A stretch of DNA of 64,000 bases from an uncultured Gammaproteobacteria bacterium (lineage in GTDB: Bacteria > Patescibacteriota > Patescibacteriia > UBA9934). The stretch is from NCBI GenBank assembly GCA_964452565.1, contig CAYVLY010000001.1:451053-515052 (forward strand), written 5' to 3'. Position numbers and translations under genes: made by a program. The notes under the pieces are model-generated. The model had not been told where the DNA came from. It worked only from the letters and a program-made list of their open reading frames with translations, and searched no databases. Positions 9,208 through 20,441 of the stretch are shown one piece after another; within the stretch, counting starts at the first letter, position 1, and the number at the start of each line of letters is the position of its first letter.

Positions 9208-9815
9208 ATATCTCCGTCAGTTCCAATTATTTGAATGATGCTTCCACGACTTCCAGGAATCGCACCCTTGATTGCAAGAGTTCCGTCTTTTTCGTTAACC
9301 TGTACAACTTCTAAATTCTTTACTGTTACTCGATCTCCACCCATGCGTCCTGCCATACGAACTCCCTTAAACACCTTTTGTGGTCCACCGGCTCCAATAG
9401 AACCGGGCATTCGCAACTGATCTTTATGTCCATGAGACGCTGGGCTTCCATGGAATCCGTGGCGTTTTACAACTCCTTGGAATCCTTTTCCTTTCGAAAC
9501 CCCTATCGCATCAACCATGTCTCCCTGCTCAAATACAGAAAGGTTGATTGTATCTCCTTTTTTAAATTCCTCCCCTTCCGGAAGCTTGATCTCACAAACA
9601 TGTGCAAAAGATCCTAGACCTTCCCATTGCTTCTGCTGTGGCTTTGCAAGATTCTTCTTATTTCCAAAACCAACTACAACCGCTTTTCTATCTTGATACT
9701 CGCGAACCTCAATAACTGTACAAGGTCCTGCTTGCACAAGAGTGACAGGTACGACTGTTCCATCGTCTTTAAACACCTGTGTCATCTCGATTTTTTTTCC
9801 GATGATGGCTTTCAT
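9195..9815 (-). CDS. rplC: 50S ribosomal protein L3
   Basis: MKAIIGKKIEMTQVFKDDGTVVPVTLVQAGPCTV...FKGVRMAGRMGGDRVT matches L3. Confidence 0.92.
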   Translation of the reverse strand: MKAIIGKKIEMTQVFKDDGTVVPVTLVQAGPCTVIEVREYQDRKAVVVGFGNKKNLAKPQQKQWEGLGSFAHVCEIKLPEGEEFKKGDTINLSVFEQGDMVDAIGVSKGKGFQGVVKRHGFHGSPASHGHKDQLRMPGSIGAGGPQKVFKGVRMAGRMGGDRVTVKNLEVVQVNEKDGTLAIKGAIPGSRGSIIQIIGTDGDIWQK

Positions 9816-10054
9816 ACATTTATCTTAGAATGATCTTTAGAGGTTTTCTCAGGTCAACACCTGAGTTACATAAAAACCAGAAGTCTTTAAATGTTACATT
9901 TCGCACATTTAAAGGCTTCTAGCCCTTAAGTATCGTTCAACTTTAGGGGATGTTGTGTTTTTACGAGGCAGGTTCCTTTCGCATTTTGTCCAAATCGTCA
10001 GGAAGGTTTTCGTTTAGATCTTTCTTCCTGGTTTAGATTCAAAATGATCGGATT

Positions 10055-10116
10055 GGCTTTCTGTGAGCCTGCAAAAACCTCGTTTGAAGATCTTTGCAGG
10101 CTCACAGAGCAAGCCT
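10055..10116 (-). promoter_or_regulatory. Long stem-loop between rpsJ and rplC: a perfect 15-bp stem CTGTGAGCCTGCAAA/TTTGCAGGCTCACAG that extends to about 21 bp with a bulge, and an 18-nt loop
   Basis: Read directly from the sequence. It starts 3 nt after the rpsJ stop and there is no T-tract after it. The rpsJ-rplC spacer is an unusual 303 nt. Confidence 0.5.
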
Positions 10117-10118
10117 TA

Positions 10119-10448
10119 TTACATTTTAATTTCGACATCCACTCCAGCTGGTAGGTTTAATGACATGAGGGAGTCGATAGTGGTCTCACCTGGATTAACA
10201 ATGTCAATGAGACGCTTGTGAATACGCATTTCGTACTGATCGCGTGACTTCTTGTGAACAAAGGTTGATCGGTTTACGGTGTAACGTCGTTTCTCTGTAG
10301 GCAACGGAACAGGCCCAATTGCATCAGCTCCACTTCGCTTTACTGTTTTTATAATTGTCTCTGCAGCCGTATCGATCAACTTGTGATCATAAGCGCGAAT
10401 CTTTATGCGGATTCGTGGCTTTTGCTCTTTTTTTTCTGTGTTTGCCAT
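10119..10448 (-). CDS. rpsJ: 30S ribosomal protein S10
   Basis: 109 aa: [71 protein letters not shown] matches S10. Confidence 0.92.
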   Translation of the reverse strand: MANTEKKEQKPRIRIKIRAYDHKLIDTAAETIIKTVKRSGADAIGPVPLPTEKRRYTVNRSTFVHKKSRDQYEMRIHKRLIDIVNPGETTIDSLMSLNLPAGVDVEIKM

Positions 10449-10509
10449 AGAAGGTACATGTGTGATTAAGCCAAGCGAGGAAAGGCTTTAACCTTTCCCC
10501 GCATGCATA

Positions 10510-11688
10510 TTACTCAACAATTTTTGTTACTGTTCCTGCTCCAACTGTTCGTCCACCCTCTCGGATAGCGAAACGCATCTGATCTTCAATCGCAACAGCT
10601 TTTCCAAGCTCAACAGTAAGGTTCAATGTGTCGCCAGGCATAACCATCTCTGCTCCATCTCCTAGCTCGGTTACCTCACCTGTTACATCAGTTGTTCGAA
10701 TATAGAACTGTGGCTTGTAGCCCTTGAAAAATGGCTTATGTCGTCCACCCTCTTCCTTAGTCAAAGCATAAACCTTAGCTTCAAACTTTGTATGTGGCTT
10801 CACAGATCCAGGTGCAGCAAGAACCATTCCGCGCTCTACATCTTCCTTTTTAACTCCTCGCAAGAGAATTCCAGCGTTATCTCCAGCCATTCCCTTATCA
10901 AGTAGTTTGTTAAACATTTCAATTCCTGTAACAACAGTCTTTTGAGTATCACCCAATCCAACGATTTCAATTTCATCGTTTAGGTTCAAAGTTCCACGCT
11001 CAATTCGTCCTGTTACAACAGTTCCACGTCCCTCAATTGAGAAAACATCCTCGATAGGCATCAAGAAAGACTTGTCAGTTTCTCGAGTTGGTTCTGGGAT
11101 GTACTCATCAAGTGCCTTTACAAGCTCCTTGATTGAATTAACTGCTTCCTCATCTCCCTCAAGTGCCTTAAGAGCTGATCCGCGGATAATTGGAGTTTCA
11201 TCTCCAGGGAACTCATACTGCTTCAAAAGATCTCGAATCTCTTCCTCAACTAGGTCAACAAGCTCAGGGTCATCAACCATGTCAGTCTTGTTCATGTAAA
11301 CAACCATTGCAGGTACTCCAACCTGACGTGCTAGCAAAATATGCTCACGTGTCTGTGGCATTGGCCCATCAGCTGCTGATACAACCAAAATAGCACCATC
11401 CATCTGCGCTGCACCTGTAATCATGTTCTTTACGTAGTCAGCGTGTCCTGGACAGTCAACGTGAGCAAAGTGTCGAGCCTCAGACTCGTACTCAACGTGT
11501 GATGTTGAAATAGTAATTCCTCGCTCTCGCTCTTCTGGAGCCTTGTCAATCTGATCAAAAGCCTTCTTTTGATCTGATGGTGAGAAAAGGCTAGAAAGCG
11601 CAGCGGTAAGTGTTGTCTTACCATGGTCAACGTGTCCAATTGTTCCAACGTTGACGTTTGGTTTCGAACGGTCAAACTGTTCTGCCAT
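10510..11688 (-). CDS. tuf: elongation factor Tu
   Basis: 392 aa: [13 protein letters not shown]..., [12 protein letters not shown], and a C-terminal domain ending ...[15 protein letters not shown]. Confidence 0.97.
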   Translation of the reverse strand: MAEQFDRSKPNVNVGTIGHVDHGKTTLTAALSSLFSPSDQKKAFDQIDKAPEERERGITISTSHVEYESEARHFAHVDCPGHADYVKNMITGAAQMDGAILVVSAADGPMPQTREHILLARQVGVPAMVVYMNKTDMVDDPELVDLVEEEIRDLLKQYEFPGDETPIIRGSALKALEGDEEAVNSIKELVKALDEYIPEPTRETDKSFLMPIEDVFSIEGRGTVVTGRIERGTLNLNDEIEIVGLGDTQKTVVTGIEMFNKLLDKGMAGDNAGILLRGVKKEDVERGMVLAAPGSVKPHTKFEAKVYALTKEEGGRHKPFFKGYKPQFYIRTTDVTGEVTELGDGAEMVMPGDTLNLTVELGKAVAIEDQMRFAIREGGRTVGAGTVTKIVE

Positions 11689-11856
11689 ATTATTTAAACT
11701 AAGAGTAATATGTATTAAGATTTTGGCTTAATTTGTGGAAAATTTACACCTTCCACGAACGCCGAGATGATAACAAAGTTGGCGAAATTATGCAAGCCTT
11801 AAGCTGTGAATTCCTTGTGAATAGGTTTTTATGCTAATTCTTGGCGAATTTCAGCA

Positions 11857-12240
11857 CTATTCTACTGGTTCTAGATAAAACTGCTCTTCTGCTGATTCTG
11901 GGTCAATTTCAGGTCCTTTTTCAGCAGTCAAACCCTCATTTTCCTGCACAACTGACTCAAGCTCCTCTGGCAGCTCTTCGAGATCTATATCAGATGCCTC
12001 TATTGAGAACTCATCAAGTGACTCTTCAGATTCGATCTCTCCGTCAAAACCCTCAAATTCCTCATCCACGAAGAACTCTTCAGACAGCCCACACTCTTCA
12101 TCGGAATACTCATCAATAAGCGCCTCATAACTGGAAAGTGGCAGAATCACCATTTCTTCCTGATTCTCATCCAAAACCACTACTGGAGAATTAGTCTTAC
12201 GCGCAATGCGCATTAGTCTGTTGAGCTGATTATTGTCCAT
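11857..12240 (-). CDS. Hypothetical highly acidic protein. The N-terminal roughly 45 aa resemble a Phd/YefM-type fold and are followed by a roughly 85-aa Asp/Glu-rich tail. The start is taken at MDNNQLNRL.
   Basis: MDNNQLNRLMRIARKTNSPVVVLDENQEEMVILPLSSYEALIDEY, then DEECGLSEEFFVDEEFEGFDGEIESEESLDEF.... No toxin-like partner was seen. Function unknown. Confidence 0.5.
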   Translation of the reverse strand: MDNNQLNRLMRIARKTNSPVVVLDENQEEMVILPLSSYEALIDEYSDEECGLSEEFFVDEEFEGFDGEIESEESLDEFSIEASDIDLEELPEELESVVQENEGLTAEKGPEIDPESAEEQFYLEPVE

Positions 12241-12355
12241 ATGTGCCAATGTTATCTTACTGGGACAAAAAAGCAAGAGTTTATATCATCATAAAAATCA
12301 TCCAGAAAAATTGACGCCCCCCGTGGGAGTTCCCAGGGAGGGCGTACAAACCGGG

Positions 12356-12598
12356 TCAGGCGATCGGTGGAGGTGTTCCGCTAGCAAGCATGGCTGAGAG
12401 CTCTGCAAGAGCTACCATATCACACATGCCACGAGGCAACTCCCAGGCATTTGGCTTTTTCCGATTCCTGTATCTTTTCCTATACAGACCCGTGGGGAGG
12501 CCAGGACAGTAGACTGGGGGCGGAATCCGAACCCCAAGCGGTGCCAAGCCGCCGGCACCGAAACTCACTTCGCGTATACACTGAACATCTACTTGCAT
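12356..12598 (-). CDS. Small basic protein (80 aa), paralog A of a two-member family in this window; conserved motif FGAGGLAPLGVRIPPPVYCP
   Basis: An AGGAG Shine-Dalgarno motif sits 6 nt before the ATG. The region is GC-rich (about 60%). The gene shares a 15-codon block with 46759..46989 in which 9 of 10 differing codons are synonymous. A GC hairpin plus T-run follows the stop at about 12300-12340. Confidence 0.55.
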   Translation of the reverse strand: MQVDVQCIREVSFGAGGLAPLGVRIPPPVYCPGLPTGLYRKRYRNRKKPNAWELPRGMCDMVALAELSAMLASGTPPPIA

Positions 12599-12912
12599 GA
12601 CAATCTCCTGTTATAGTGATTGTCCGTAAAAGCCCAAAGCTACGCGGACGCACCTGTTGTGGAGACACTCGCGTGTCCCGCACCCCTTACTCAACGCACT
12701 TTGCTGGTTTTCCACGCCAGCACCGCCTTACCGCCCGTTCCACCAGTACAGCACGGCGGCTTAGTGCACCCACTTTTACCCGGCAACGATATTCATTCTA
12801 TAGGCTCGCGTGCAATTTAAAAAATACATGTGTGGAAAACTAATAAAAAGTAAAGCACTCCGCATACGAGCGGAGCGCCGAGAGACAAGTCAGAGGAATA
12901 GCTTATGACCTG

Positions 12913-13500
12913 TTACCTACCCTTCCGGGCTAGTACCGCAACCACAAGGTGGAAGAGTGCCAGGTAGGCAGGGTTGAAGATACTAACAAAGTCACCGTTG
13001 TACGACAGTGTGGCATTCAGAAGCGTCACCAGACATGCCACTGTCCAAACCCACCACGAAAGCGGCTCATCTTTAGTTGGATCCTTGTACACATCCTTGA
13101 GCGTGGGATGAAATGAGATCACAACCGTGAGCATCATGATGAGATTCGCGGTACTGGCATCCCTGTAGTACCAGTACACCACAAACGAAAGAACGCATAG
13201 AACGAGAACAAAGATCTCGACAGAGTCAGGCCACTTGAACTTCTTCCAGCGCAAGGCCAGGATGAATGTCACTGTTGCGGCAAAACTCCCTACGATGTAC
13301 TGAAGCGCCAGAGGAAAACTCGTCACTTCAGTGAAGGTCACGGCGTTAATCGTAGCCGCAATCATCCAAATGAACCACGTAACGAACTTGGGCTTGGAGC
13401 TTCCTCTCTTCGTCTGGATGTTATAGAGGACGTAGCCGGTGGCGTGGATCAACGCCGCAGGCACACCGAGAACCCATTCAAGAAGCTGATCTTCTTGCAT
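12913..13500 (-). CDS. Hypothetical integral membrane protein with about 6 transmembrane helices; start taken at MQEDQLLEW
   Basis: Hydrophobic helices (FIWMIAATINAVTF, LALQYIVGSFAATVTFILAL, IFVLVLCVLSFVVYWYY, LIMMLTVVISF, WWVWTVACLVTLL). It lies in the insert between fusA and tuf. Confidence 0.55.
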   Translation of the reverse strand: MQEDQLLEWVLGVPAALIHATGYVLYNIQTKRGSSKPKFVTWFIWMIAATINAVTFTEVTSFPLALQYIVGSFAATVTFILALRWKKFKWPDSVEIFVLVLCVLSFVVYWYYRDASTANLIMMLTVVISFHPTLKDVYKDPTKDEPLSWWVWTVACLVTLLNATLSYNGDFVSIFNPAYLALFHLVVAVLARKGR

Positions 13501-13586
13501 TGTAACTCCCCGTACCTGGAATATTAACTCGATCCGCACCATGCGAACTTGTTAAATAACTTAACAAACCCACAAATACAGGTCAA

Positions 13587-13612
13587 TTTTGTACGCAAAA
13601 AAACCTACCAAT
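13587..13612 (-). terminator. Intrinsic terminator after fusA: stem CTACC / GGTAG followed by a T7 run on the minus strand
   Basis: Plus-strand sequence aaaaaaacctaccaattgctcggtag; read on the minus strand this is a hairpin followed by TTTTTTT, about 55 nt after the fusA stop. Confidence 0.6.
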
Positions 13613-13665
13613 TGCTCGGTAGATTTTTAAAAATCTAAATTCTAAGTTCTGTTTTCTATGTTCTA

Positions 13666-15771
<2,106 letters not shown>

Positions 15772-15791
15772 AAAAAGTATTAATGAAAAGA

Positions 15792-16262
15792 TTAACGTCG
15801 CGCAAAGTGCGCAAATGCTTTGTTAGCCTCAGCCATTCGCTGAACATCAAGCTTCTTCTTCATTGCATCCCCTTCGCCCTCTGAAGCAGCAAGTAACTCG
15901 TTCGCGAGCTTTTGTGCCATTGGCTTTCCCTTTTTTGCTCGAGCAGCTTCAAGGATCCATCGGTATGCCAAAGCAACTCGTCGCTCAGCTCGCACAGGCA
16001 TTGGGATCTGATAGTTTGCTCCTCCAACACGACGTGATCGAACCTCAACAGAAGGCATTATGTTTTTCATTGCCTCGTCAAAAAGATCCATTGCATCCTT
16101 TTTCGACTTTTTTGCAGCAATCTCAAGTGCATCGTATACAACACGTTCTGCTGTGGTCTTCTTACCATCCAGCATCACATAGTTAATAAGTTTTGTAATT
16201 AAAACATTGCCGTACTTATGGTCCGGCAATAATATTCGCTTTGGGGCTTGTTTTCCACGCAT
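15792..16262 (-). CDS. rpsG: 30S ribosomal protein S7
   Basis: 156 aa: [32 protein letters not shown]...[27 protein letters not shown]. Confidence 0.95.
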   Translation of the reverse strand: MRGKQAPKRILLPDHKYGNVLITKLINYVMLDGKKTTAERVVYDALEIAAKKSKKDAMDLFDEAMKNIMPSVEVRSRRVGGANYQIPMPVRAERRVALAYRWILEAARAKKGKPMAQKLANELLAASEGEGDAMKKKLDVQRMAEANKAFAHFARR

Positions 16263-16338
16263 AGTTTTAGTTAGTTGGCTCTGTCATTTCCTGCCGCGTA
16301 GTGGCAGTACTAGAGCTATGAATTATTTGATCGTTAAT

Positions 16339-16758
16339 TTATTTCTTCGGCTTCTTTGTTCCGTATCGCGAACGAGACTTAGTCCGTCCTTCTACTCCAG
16401 TTGTATCATATCGTCCACGAACAATTGTATATCGCACACCTGGGAGGTCCTTAATCTTTCCACCTCGAATCATTACAATAGAGTGCTCTTGTAGGTTGTG
16501 CCCTTCTCCTGGGATGTATGCAATAACTTCTTGTCCATTTGAAAGTCGAACACGCGCAACTTTACGCAACGCTGAGTTAGGCTTCTTTGGAGTTGTTGTA
16601 TACACACGGACACATACTCCACGCTTAAATGGAGCTCCACGACGCAACTGTGTGCGCTTTCGGTGAAGTGTATCTGTAGTGAACTGCATAGCAGGTGCTT
16701 TTGACTTTGTCTTTACCTGCTTTCGTCCCTTTCGAATCAATTGATTGATTGTTGGCAT
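16339..16758 (-). CDS. rpsL: 30S ribosomal protein S12
   Basis: [14 protein letters not shown]...[54 protein letters not shown]. Confidence 0.95.
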   Translation of the reverse strand: MPTINQLIRKGRKQVKTKSKAPAMQFTTDTLHRKRTQLRRGAPFKRGVCVRVYTTTPKKPNSALRKVARVRLSNGQEVIAYIPGEGHNLQEHSIVMIRGGKIKDLPGVRYTIVRGRYDTTGVEGRTKSRSRYGTKKPKK

Positions 16759-16856
16759 AATGCTCTAATCTTTGTCTAAAGTTGTAGAAAATACGGCGGT
16801 AGAGTACCACGAGCCTTAAAATAGGTCAATATGTTGATATGGGCGAAATATCAGTG

Positions 16857-16885
16857 TTGACTTTTACGCGAAACTGGGCTATATT
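16857..16885 (+). promoter_or_regulatory. sigma70-like promoter: TTGACT, 17-nt spacer, TATATT
   Basis: ttgact tttacgcgaaactgggc tatatt, about 50 nt upstream of the TTG start at 16939. That start is preceded by AAGGAG. Confidence 0.55.
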
Positions 16886-16938
16886 GCCAGACCTCTTCAC
16901 TGATCCGCAAGGATACAACCCCATACAAGGAGACTGCC

Positions 16939-17415
16939 TTGCTCGAAACCTGGAACCTCTTCCGTACCGCCTGGTTACTGTATACACAGAGACGAAAGCG
17001 GCAAAAGCTCATCAAGAAGGGCTACAGGATCCCTCCTGCTCTGGCTGCAACTGACCTGATGAATCTCATCCAGTCCCCCTACGTCAACAACGACGTCGTA
17101 GTATCTATGTGGGAGATCTTCCACGAGGTGTGGTGCTACGAAGATGACTTCTACGCTGCTCGCGAGAAGGTCGTAAATGCTATGCGTGAGCACCGCCCCG
17201 GGTTGTTCAGGGCCATCCGACAGCGTGACGAACAACGGATGATGGCTGAGATGCTCCAGGACTTCGCAATGTTCTTCACGGCCATGGGACTCATGCCACC
17301 CGTCGTCGAAACTCACATGTTCGAGGTTCGCATGATCGTGCCCTCTCCTAACTGCGACGAATGCGGAGATCGCCACTCCTGCGGCCTGCGCCCTCGTGGC
17401 TGCGGAGAGGAATAG
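16939..17415 (+). CDS. Hypothetical protein in a GC-rich cassette, 158 aa with a TTG start and a Cys-rich C-terminus (CDECGDRHSCGLRPRGCGEE)
   Basis: The ORF has its own promoter and Shine-Dalgarno motif. Its composition is clearly more GC-rich than the flanking rpsL and S2P genes. No family was recognised. Confidence 0.5.
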   Translation: MLETWNLFRTAWLLYTQRRKRQKLIKKGYRIPPALAATDLMNLIQSPYVNNDVVVSMWEIFHEVWCYEDDFYAAREKVVNAMREHRPGLFRAIRQRDEQRMMAEMLQDFAMFFTAMGLMPPVVETHMFEVRMIVPSPNCDECGDRHSCGLRPRGCGEE

Positions 17416-17436
17416 CCTCTCCTAGACCCCCTCGCG

Positions 17437-17468
17437 TCCCGCGCCCTCACCCGGTGCGGGCGTTTTGC
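17437..17468 (+). terminator. Intrinsic terminator: GC hairpin cgccctcacccggtgcgggcg followed by TTTTGCTTT
   Basis: Read directly after the stop of 16939..17415. Confidence 0.5.
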
Positions 17469-17469
17469 T

Positions 17470-18144
17470 TTAAAAAATCAAAGCCAGCAAGTACTGACAA
17501 TTCTCTCCAACCAATGCAGAGCAAACTGCATATGATGGAGCGCTTACAAAAAAGAAAATATTGAAAGATGTAAAAATCGACAGGATCACAAGTGCAAATA
17601 AAACGCGCGGGCCGTACATCATGATTTGCATCTTGATTTTCTGATGCTGCGGCTTGATAAGTATCGCATCCAAGATTTTCGATCCATCAAGCGGGTAAAT
17701 CGGAATCAAATTAAAGAACATTAGGAACAGATTGATGATGATCAGCAACAGCAAGAATGCAAAAAGCATATCTACTTCAGCGAAAACTCCAGCCACCAGC
17801 AAACCTCGAAGAACCGTAGCCGCCAAGGTCGCCATAAACAAATTTGAGATTGGTCCAGCAAGTGCAATCCATAAAGCATCCTTTCGAGGGTCTTTTAGAT
17901 TATACGGATTAAACGGCACTGGCTTTGCCCAGCCAAACCCAAGCGTCACCAACAACAGCATTCCCATCCAATCAATATGTGCCAAAGGATTTAAAGTTAA
18001 ACGCCCAGCCATCTCAGCAGTCTTGTCGCCTTTGATGTTTGCTACCCAGGCGTGCGCAAACTCATGAATGGTCAAAGAAACAAGAATAGCTGCCAGCCAA
18101 ACAACTAGCAGTATTGGTTGCTGTGCTATTAAAGATAAAATCAT
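17470..18144 (-). CDS. Site-2 protease family (M50) intramembrane zinc metalloprotease
   Basis: An HEFAHA (HExxH) motif lies inside transmembrane helix 1, and the NLIPIYPLDGSKIL motif is typical of S2P/SpoIVFB-type proteases. The protein is polytopic. Confidence 0.7.
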   Translation of the reverse strand: MILSLIAQQPILLVVWLAAILVSLTIHEFAHAWVANIKGDKTAEMAGRLTLNPLAHIDWMGMLLLVTLGFGWAKPVPFNPYNLKDPRKDALWIALAGPISNLFMATLAATVLRGLLVAGVFAEVDMLFAFLLLLIIINLFLMFFNLIPIYPLDGSKILDAILIKPQHQKIKMQIMMYGPRVLFALVILSIFTSFNIFFFVSAPSYAVCSALVGENCQYLLALIF

Positions 18145-18146
18145 AG

Positions 18147-19448
18147 TTATTCCTCCCGGACCTCAAGATCCGCTCCAATGGATTTTAGATTTCCGTACAA
18201 GTTCTCGTACCCACGCTCCAAATGCTCAACGCCGTCAATCTCTGAAGTACCCTCCGCGGCAAGTGCCGCTGCAACATATGCCAATCCCGCACGGATGTCA
18301 GGCACAGTCATCTGTGATGCCTTGAGTGGTGTGGGGCCCTTAATCACTGCAGAGTGCTTATAATTCTCCCCTGCAAATCGACACGGCATCTCACCCAAGC
18401 ACTTATCAGACAATGTAATATCTGCTCCCATTTCATTCAATATCTCTGTGTATCCAAATCGCTCCTGATACACAGTTTCATGAATAACCGATGTTCCTTC
18501 AGCCTGTGTCAACACGACCACAAATGGCTGCTGCCAATCAGTTGCAAACCCTGGATGTGTGTCGGTCTCAAGTTCAATACCTTTATACTTATCCGACCCT
18601 TTGAAGAGAACCCCGTCCTGATCAACAATATACTCTCCGCCAATCCTTCGAACAGCATTCAAGAAAGTAATCATACTTGAGTGACCTGCACCACGGCAGT
18701 AGATCTCTCCTCGGGTAGCAAGTGCAATGCACGCATATGACGCAGCCTCGAGTCTATCTGCCAATACGCGGTGCGTACATCCATGCAACTTCTCTACTCC
18801 AATTACTTCAATGTAACGACCAACTCCACGCTGGATAATCGCCCCCATCTTTTGAAGCATCATGATAAGCGAAATGATCTCAGGTTCAATCGCAGCATTC
18901 TTGATAACAGTCCGGCCTTCAGCCAAAACTGAAGCGAACAATATAGTCTCTGTTGCTCCAACTGAAGGATACGGTAACTCAATCTTTGCCCCCTTAAGTC
19001 CATTTGGCGCCTTCACTACATGTGCTTCTGGAGAGTCTTCAATCACAGCACCCATTTTCTCAAGAGCATCAAGATGGAAGTTAACAGGCCGAGGTCCAAT
19101 CTTATCTCCTTCTGGTTTTGGAACATAAGCTTCGCCTGCACGATGTAAGAGCGGCGCGACCGTAAGAATCGAGAGTCGATTACGCCGTGACATCTCAATT
19201 GCCGATGTCTGACTTATCTCTGGAACTTTTATCGAAAGTGAGTGGTCACTTACTGCACTCTCACCGCCAAATGTATGTACCAGCTCACGCGCAATATCAG
19301 TCTCTTGCTGAAGCGGCACGTTGTGCAAAATCACCTCCTCTTCAGTCAGTAATGAAGCGAGAATCATCTTTGAAGCGCCATTCTTAGCTCCTACGATTTG
19401 TACCTCTCCACTGAGCGGCTCACCACCTTTAATAAAGATTTTTTTCAT
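18147..19448 (-). CDS. murA: UDP-N-acetylglucosamine 1-carboxyvinyltransferase
   Basis: 433 aa: MKKIFIKGGEPLSGEVQIVGAKNGASKMILASLL... and the EPSP/MurA fold repeats. Confidence 0.93.
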   Translation of the reverse strand: MKKIFIKGGEPLSGEVQIVGAKNGASKMILASLLTEEEVILHNVPLQQETDIARELVHTFGGESAVSDHSLSIKVPEISQTSAIEMSRRNRLSILTVAPLLHRAGEAYVPKPEGDKIGPRPVNFHLDALEKMGAVIEDSPEAHVVKAPNGLKGAKIELPYPSVGATETILFASVLAEGRTVIKNAAIEPEIISLIMMLQKMGAIIQRGVGRYIEVIGVEKLHGCTHRVLADRLEAASYACIALATRGEIYCRGAGHSSMITFLNAVRRIGGEYIVDQDGVLFKGSDKYKGIELETDTHPGFATDWQQPFVVVLTQAEGTSVIHETVYQERFGYTEILNEMGADITLSDKCLGEMPCRFAGENYKHSAVIKGPTPLKASQMTVPDIRAGLAYVAAALAAEGTSEIDGVEHLERGYENLYGNLKSIGADLEVREE

Positions 19449-19518
19449 AGTTGAAGTTCGATATTTGATATGTATAGGGTGTCATATTTGAGCGGGAAAA
19501 TCAATGCTTGTGACACAA

Positions 19519-19790
19519 CAAAAAAACTTCCAAATTTGGAAGTGTTATTGCAGCTCCGGACGGTAGGACGAATTAGTCCTCTGCCACATGTGGGCTAAAC
19601 GATTTCAGGTGGCGCACAAGTGAGCCGGAGCCCAGTTGAACGGTCCCGAATCGCAGAGAACCGCTGGATCCCCGCATGCGCGCACTGCTTCATTGTGCGA
19701 ACAGCTAGACTGCGTAATCTCGCAGATGGTTCTTTCGAATCAGTGGATCCTTTCTTGTTGTAATTGGCTAATTACGTTCTACCGTCTTGA
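19519..19790 (-). ncRNA. Candidate roughly 270-nt non-coding transcript between ndk and murA, identity unknown
   Basis: On the minus strand a promoter reads TTGCAA (19823-19828), 18-nt spacer, TAATAT (19799-19804). An intrinsic terminator follows: the perfect palindrome cttccaaatttggaag (19527-19542) plus a T-run. The only ORF in between is a weak 32-aa one. Confidence 0.3.
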
Positions 19791-19883
19791 AGCTATTTAT
19801 ATTATCGCAAAGTTGGTGGTTTTTGCAAAGAAAAACAGGTGAATTCATCCACCCGTTATCCATAGTTTTTCCACATTTGTTAT

Positions 19884-20345
19884 CTATGCTCCAAAATGGT
19901 ACTGATCTGTAAGCTTTTTGTAGTCAAATACCTCATCCTTATCGAAGAATCGATCAATTTCTATTGCTGCATTTTCAACCGAATCTGAGGCATGGACGAC
20001 ATTTCCTGCAAGATCCATTGAAAGATCTGCTCTTATAGTTCCAGCATCAGCCTCTCGTGGATTTGTTGATCCAACAATCTTTCTAACCTCATTTATAACA
20101 TCAATACCCTCTAACACCATGCCTAATACAGGAGTCTGCATCATAAACTCTGAAAGACCTTTGTAAAAAGGCTTATCAACGTGGTGACTATAGTGATCTG
20201 CAAGAATAGTTTCATCAAGGTTAATCAACTTCATTCCTGCGATTTTCAAACCCTTTCTTTCAAATCGATGCACTATCTCCCCAACCAACTCTCGCTGAAA
20301 AGCATCTGGCTTGATCAGTACTAATGTTTTTTGTACGTCTGACAT
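19884..20345 (-). CDS. ndk: nucleoside diphosphate kinase
   Basis: 153 aa: TLVLIKPDAFQRELVGEIVHRFERKGLKIAGMKL, and NVVHASDS containing the active-site His. Confidence 0.93.
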   Translation of the reverse strand: MSDVQKTLVLIKPDAFQRELVGEIVHRFERKGLKIAGMKLINLDETILADHYSHHVDKPFYKGLSEFMMQTPVLGMVLEGIDVINEVRKIVGSTNPREADAGTIRADLSMDLAGNVVHASDSVENAAIEIDRFFDKDEVFDYKKLTDQYHFGA

Positions 20346-20405
20346 AAAATATGTTTAATTCGCAGGAAATATAGCAATAAACTACAAAAGAATCAAGCAC
20401 ATAGA

Positions 20406-20441
20406 GCTTCATGAATTGAACGATCGTTCAATTCATGAAGC
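20406..20441 (-). terminator. 36-bp perfect palindrome GCTTCATGAATTGAACGATCGTTCAATTCATGAAGC that abuts the stop codon of 20442..20984
   Basis: Each half is the exact reverse complement of the other, centred on GATC. A T-rich tract follows on the minus strand. Confidence 0.6.

Noticed and set aside
12300-12850. The GC-rich segments at 12300-12850 and 46700-47000 as paralogous structured RNAs (RNase P, tmRNA or SRP RNA were considered)
   Set aside because: The two copies differ almost only at third codon positions across their shared 15-codon block. Both have Shine-Dalgarno motifs plus an ATG. Two homologous copies would be odd for RNase P or tmRNA. No P4 or CCA-end motifs could be placed consistently. 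They are interpreted as small-protein genes.
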